Part shown: piece after piece, positions 59,919 to 64,000 of the stretch
How positions within the stretch are numbered: the first letter of the stretch is position 1
How the letters are laid out: every line of letters begins with the position of its first letter
Source: Bdellovibrionota bacterium
Lineage (GTDB): Bacteria > Bdellovibrionota_G > JALEGL01 > DATDPG01
Direction of reading: 5' to 3'
Length of the DNA stretch: 64,000 nucleotides
Assembly: GCA_963668355.1 (NCBI GenBank)
Contig: OY764265.1
Span: 2,368,001-2,432,000, forward strand
Notes under the pieces: model-generated
Seen by the model: only the letters and a program-made list of their open reading frames with translations
Databases searched by the model: none
What the model was told of the DNA's origin: nothing
Translations under genes and position numbers: made by a program

Positions 59919-59983
59919 TATACTTCGCAGCCTTCTTCTCTCGAATAGAGGGAAGAGAGGCACATCGAAGTAAAGAGAGGGAA
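59919..59983 (+). promoter_or_regulatory. pur operon promoter (-10 TATACT) and structured leader
   Basis: TG-G-TATACT at 59919-24; hairpin at 59930-59961; purine-rich RBS GAGAGGGAA. Confidence 0.45.
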
Positions 59984-59985
59984 TC

Positions 59986-60228
59986 TTGAAAACGCGCGTA
60001 TTTGTCACATTGAAACCAGATGTTTTGGATCCACAAGGTAAGGCCATCGAGGGGGCTTTGCATCGTTTAGGCTATACCTCCGCGAGTGAGGTTCGTGTGG
60101 GAAAAGTCATTGAGATGAACTTAGATCTGAAAGACTCCACGCAAGCGAAAGATCAACTCAACGAAATGTGTGAAAAGCTATTGTCAAACCCTGTGATTGA
60201 AGATGCGCGTTATGAGTTTACGGAATGA
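59986..60228 (+). CDS. purS: FGAM synthase subunit PurS
   Basis: LKPDVLDPQG, VRVGK, LLSNPVIE. Confidence 0.95.
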   Translation: MKTRVFVTLKPDVLDPQGKAIEGALHRLGYTSASEVRVGKVIEMNLDLKDSTQAKDQLNEMCEKLLSNPVIEDARYEFTE

Positions 60229-62398
60229 AGCCATTGAACAGGGGTTAACCTCCAAAGAATACGATCTCATCATTCAAGAAATTGGTCGAGAGCCCAATTA
60301 CGTAGAGTTGGGGATCATTTCGGCGATGTGGAGTGAACACTGTTGTTATAAGAGCTCTCGTCTTCATCTCAAAACCTTGCCGACGGATAGCCCTTTGGTT
60401 GTGGAAGGGCCGGGAGAAAATGCAGGGGTCATCGACATTGGGGATGGCTTGGTGTGTACGTTTAAAATTGAAAGTCACAATCACCCATCATTCATTGAAC
60501 CATTCCAAGGTGCTGCCACAGGTGTCGGAGGAATTCTTCGAGACATCTTTACCATGGGGGCCCGGCCGATTGCGGTTTTGGATTCTCTTCACTTTGGTCA
60601 TCCAACCCACGAAAAAACTTCGTATTTGGTTCATGGCGTGGTCTCGGGAATCGCGGGTTATGGAAATTGTATGGGAATTCCTACGGTGGGAGGAGAAGTC
60701 ATCTTTGACGACTCCTATAATGGCAATAATTTGGTGAATGCCATGGCGGTGGGAATCGCCGAATTGAAAGACTTGCACAAAGCCGTGGCGAAGGGAGTCG
60801 GGAACCGCATTCTTTACTTGGGCTCCAAGACCGGAAAAGACGGGATACATGGAGCCACAATGGCTTCAGAGGAGTTTGGAGAGGGAAATGAAGAACGGCG
60901 TCCCACTGTTCAAGTCGGGGACCCCTTCATGGAAAAATTGCTCTTAGAAGCTTGTATGGAGATGTTTCAGGCAAAGATCTTGGTTGGCATTCAAGACATG
61001 GGAGCAGCTGGAATTGCGTGCTCCACATTTGAAATGTCATCCCGTGGGAATCACGGAATGCGAATCACATTGGATCATGTTCCCCTTCGAGCTGCCGGCA
61101 TGACTCCGTGGGAAATTTTTCTTTCAGAATCCCAAGAACGCATGCTTCTCGTGGTTGAACCCTCCAAGGTGGAAGCGGTGATGGCCATCGCGAAGAAATG
61201 GGACATCGACTGCAGCGACATTGGGGAAGTCACGGATTCTGGAAGGGTGGAAGCGTTCCACAAAACTGAAAAAGTTGTGGATTTGCCGGTTCATCCGGTT
61301 GCGGAAGGAGCCCCGATTTATGACCGCCCCTGGAACGAACCGAAGGCGAAAACGGAGACCCTTTCCCGGGATCAATTGCCTGAAATCGATATGGCTGAGG
61401 CCATTCGGGTTTTGAATGCTTCTCCGAATCTTTCCTCCAGACACTGGGTATATCGACAATACGACCATATGGTGGGTACGGACACGGTGATTCGGCCTGG
61501 AGGAGATGCAGCAGTTCTTCGGATCAAAGGAAGAAAAAAGGGCTTGGCGGTCACCGTAGATAGTCAGAGCCGCTATTGTCATGCCGATCCTTATTTGGGT
61601 ACCTGCCATGTGATGTCGGAAGCCTTGAGAAATCTCGCAGTCGTGGGCGCACGCGGTGTTGCCATCACGAATTGTTTGAATTTCGGTAATCCCGAAGACC
61701 CAAACATCATGGGCCAAATCGTTGCGGCCATTCGAGCGATGAAGGAAACCTGTGTGAAATTTGACACTCCCGTTACGGGAGGAAATGTCAGTTTGTACAA
61801 TCAAACGGGAGATCAAGCCATTAAACCCACGCCAGCCATTGGGATGATTGGTTTGGTCGAAGATGTGAATGAAATTCGCCGATCCCATTTCCCCAAAGAA
61901 GGGTTGAACGTGGCGCGAATTGGCGGAAAGAATGAAAGCACATTGTTCCAATCGGAGTTTGCTTCTACCGTATTGAAGAAGAAGGACTTGGCCTGTCCTC
62001 CCATCGATTTGGATCAGGAGATTCGTTTAAGAGATTTTCTATTGGAATCCATTCCCTCTCGCATTTTCTCTTCCGCTCATGATTGTTCTGACGGCGGATT
62101 GGGACAGGCTGTTTTGGAAAGTTGTTTGGGCCCCCAGGGGAAATTGGTGGGCGTGACCATTCAAATTCCCGAAGAGGAATCGCCCACGCTGTTCTGGTTT
62201 GGTGAAACGGCGGGAAGGTGCGTGGTTTCGTATGATCCGAAACTTCAAGATGAAGTGAAACGCTTGGCTGAAAAGTATGCGTTGGATTTTACAGAAATTG
62301 GTGTCACCGGCGGCGACCGATTGAAAGTCGGAGAAAAAGTGGATCTTTCGCTCAAAGACTTAGAGAACGAACGAGAAGTCTTTTTCAAGGAGATTTGA
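60212..62398 (+). CDS. purL: FGAM synthase subunit PurL (small type)
   Basis: MWSEHCCYKSS, KIESHNHPS, QDMGAAG, SESQERM, GGNVSLYN, HDCSDGG. Confidence 0.97.
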   Translation: MSLRNEAIEQGLTSKEYDLIIQEIGREPNYVELGIISAMWSEHCCYKSSRLHLKTLPTDSPLVVEGPGENAGVIDIGDGLVCTFKIESHNHPSFIEPFQGAATGVGGILRDIFTMGARPIAVLDSLHFGHPTHEKTSYLVHGVVSGIAGYGNCMGIPTVGGEVIFDDSYNGNNLVNAMAVGIAELKDLHKAVAKGVGNRILYLGSKTGKDGIHGATMASEEFGEGNEERRPTVQVGDPFMEKLLLEACMEMFQAKILVGIQDMGAAGIACSTFEMSSRGNHGMRITLDHVPLRAAGMTPWEIFLSESQERMLLVVEPSKVEAVMAIAKKWDIDCSDIGEVTDSGRVEAFHKTEKVVDLPVHPVAEGAPIYDRPWNEPKAKTETLSRDQLPEIDMAEAIRVLNASPNLSSRHWVYRQYDHMVGTDTVIRPGGDAAVLRIKGRKKGLAVTVDSQSRYCHADPYLGTCHVMSEALRNLAVVGARGVAITNCLNFGNPEDPNIMGQIVAAIRAMKETCVKFDTPVTGGNVSLYNQTGDQAIKPTPAIGMIGLVEDVNEIRRSHFPKEGLNVARIGGKNESTLFQSEFASTVLKKKDLACPPIDLDQEIRLRDFLLESIPSRIFSSAHDCSDGGLGQAVLESCLGPQGKLVGVTIQIPEEESPTLFWFGETAGRCVVSYDPKLQDEVKRLAEKYALDFTEIGVTGGDRLKVGEKVDLSLKDLENEREVFFKEI

Positions 62399-62399
62399 A

Positions 62400-63776
62400 A
62401 TGTGCGGGATCTATGGGGTTGTGGGGCAGGAAGAAGCTTCAAACCTGGTATATCTAGGGTTGTATGCCCTCCAACATCGAGGCCAAGAAGGAGCGGGAAT
62501 CGTTTCTTCAGATGGAAAGATGCTTTATCGGAGAAGAAGGCCGCGCCTAGTTTCCGAGTCGTTTGATGAAGGCTCGTTTAAGCAGCTTCCGGGAGATATG
62601 GCCATTGGCCATGTTCGCTACTCTACGACGGGAACCACAATGGATAAAAATGTGGCCCCTTTTTTGGCGACGGGGTCCTGTGGAACCTTGGCCGTGGCAC
62701 ATAATGGAACTCTGGTGAATTTTCCTTCGTTGAGAAGATCCTTGGAGGCCGAAGGAGCTTTGTTTCAATCCACGATGGATTCCGAAGTGTTTTTACATCT
62801 GGCCGCTATGGAAAAGGGAGATTCCATTGAAGAAAAAATTCAGCGCTCCCTTCCCAAAGCCGAAGGCGCCTACTCGGTTCTTTTTTTAACGGAAAGCAAA
62901 CTCATTGCTGCGCGAGATCCTCATGGTTTTCGTCCGCTGTGTTTGGGAAGAATGGCCAATGGACAGCCGGTTTTATCCTCTGAAAGTTGTGCGTTTGATT
63001 TGGTTGGAGCCAAGTACGAACGCGAAATCCAGGCCGGGGAAATGGTGATCATTGAACGAAATGGGGAAATGACATCGATTCAGTTTGCCAAGCCCAAGGA
63101 ACGAAAAGCTTGTGTTTTTGAGCACATTTATTTTGCGCGTCCGGATTCATTTTTATTTGGGGAGAGTGTTTACAAAACGCGTTTGAGATTGGGACGCGCT
63201 TTGGCCAGGGAGTGCAATGTGCAAGCGGACGTGGTGATTCCGGTCCCAGATTCGGGAATGATGGCTGCCATGGGTTTCGCTGAAGAAAGTGGAATTCCAC
63301 TGCAAATGGGATTGATTCGAAATCATTATGTGGGTCGGACATTCATCGAACCCAAACAATCGATTCGCGGATTTGGCGTAAAAATCAAACTCAACCCGGT
63401 TCGAAGTGTGTTGCAGGGAAAGCGGGTTGTGGTCATTGATGATTCAATTGTTCGAGGCACCACCTGTCGAAAAATTGTCAAAATGCTTCGAGATGCGGGG
63501 GCCAGCCAAGTCGTTTTTGCCATCAGTTCACCTCCGACGGTCAGTCCCTGCTATTACGGAATCGACACCCCGACCAAAGAGGAGTTGATTGCATCCAATC
63601 AAACCGTGGAAGACATTCGAGCGTATATTGGCGCAGATAAACTTGTTTATTTGAGTCTTCAGGGAATGTACGACGGGGTAAAGGGGAAGCCGTCGGAGTA
63701 TTGCGACGCGTGTTTTTCCGAAAAATATCCGACGAAAATCGAATTGCCTTATTTGGAGTCCGCCCAAGGATCGTAA
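62400..63776 (+). CDS. purF: Amidophosphoribosyltransferase
   Basis: MCGI, QHRGQE, GHVRYST, VIDDSIVRGTT, Fe-S Cys motif YCDAC. Confidence 0.97.
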   Translation: MCGIYGVVGQEEASNLVYLGLYALQHRGQEGAGIVSSDGKMLYRRRRPRLVSESFDEGSFKQLPGDMAIGHVRYSTTGTTMDKNVAPFLATGSCGTLAVAHNGTLVNFPSLRRSLEAEGALFQSTMDSEVFLHLAAMEKGDSIEEKIQRSLPKAEGAYSVLFLTESKLIAARDPHGFRPLCLGRMANGQPVLSSESCAFDLVGAKYEREIQAGEMVIIERNGEMTSIQFAKPKERKACVFEHIYFARPDSFLFGESVYKTRLRLGRALARECNVQADVVIPVPDSGMMAAMGFAEESGIPLQMGLIRNHYVGRTFIEPKQSIRGFGVKIKLNPVRSVLQGKRVVVIDDSIVRGTTCRKIVKMLRDAGASQVVFAISSPPTVSPCYYGIDTPTKEELIASNQTVEDIRAYIGADKLVYLSLQGMYDGVKGKPSEYCDACFSEKYPTKIELPYLESAQGS

Positions 63777-64000
63777 TCAGTCTCGACCTCTGGAAATCCG
63801 TACTTGGGACTGATTTCTGGTTCTGGCTCCGGCGTCAAGGTTGTGCTGGGTTCGGAAGAACTGGTGCTGGAAGAAATCCCCGGAATCCTGATTACGCCCA
63901 CAAATCCCAAAATGATCACGAACATGATCAGAAGCACCCCAATGGAAATGGGCATGATGTAGTGATTCATGACCTTTCCTGCAGGTTTGGGTTCAGGCAA
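63749..64000 (-). CDS. C-terminal fragment of a hypothetical single-pass membrane protein (5' end outside window)
   Basis: Open frame to the window edge, a hydrophobic helix and an S/T/P/E-rich tail. Confidence 0.55.
   Translation of the reverse strand: MPEPKPAGKVMNHYIMPISIGVLLIMFVIILGFVGVIRIPGISSSTSSSEPSTTLTPEPEPEISPKYGFPEVETDYDPWADSK

Noticed and set aside
59155..60063. 302-aa minus-strand ORF
   Set aside because: Antisense shadow of the GT2 and purS genes, with no recognisable motifs.

Overview
A 64-kb chromosomal window from a Gram-negative bacterium. The gene families suggest a deltaproteobacteria-like lineage (Bdellovibrionota/Myxococcota/UBA10199 type); this is inference, not a database result. 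Positions 1-27.7 kb hold housekeeping and signalling genes: a partial rel, gshA, a dapF-dapA-dapB-dapL operon, etfBA, a PilZ protein, a HEAT-repeat plus degenerate HD-GYP pair, a solitary dnaK, a pseudo-cyclase STAND-TPR protein, and an FHA-GGDEF/xerD/site-2 protease/trpS/scpAB/rluB/hflX cluster. Positions 27.8-59.9 kb are a 29-gene surface-glycan locus with 15 alternating transcription blocks. It encodes six radical SAM enzymes (three HpnJ-like with B12-binding-type domains, three with C-terminal Cys clusters), a legionaminic-acid-type nonulosonate pathway with two formyltransferases and a deacetylase, both Wzm/Wzt and Wzx exporters, GDP-fucose genes and six glycosyltransferases. Positions 60-64 kb are purS-purL-purF. 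The best candidate for an undescribed system is radical-SAM tailoring of a formylated nonulosonate-containing glycan. Other notable signals are a probable ATT start codon for hflX, several probably leaderless genes, and a structured RNA element between dnaK and the STAND gene. No rRNA, tRNA, CRISPR array or mobile element was recognised by eye.
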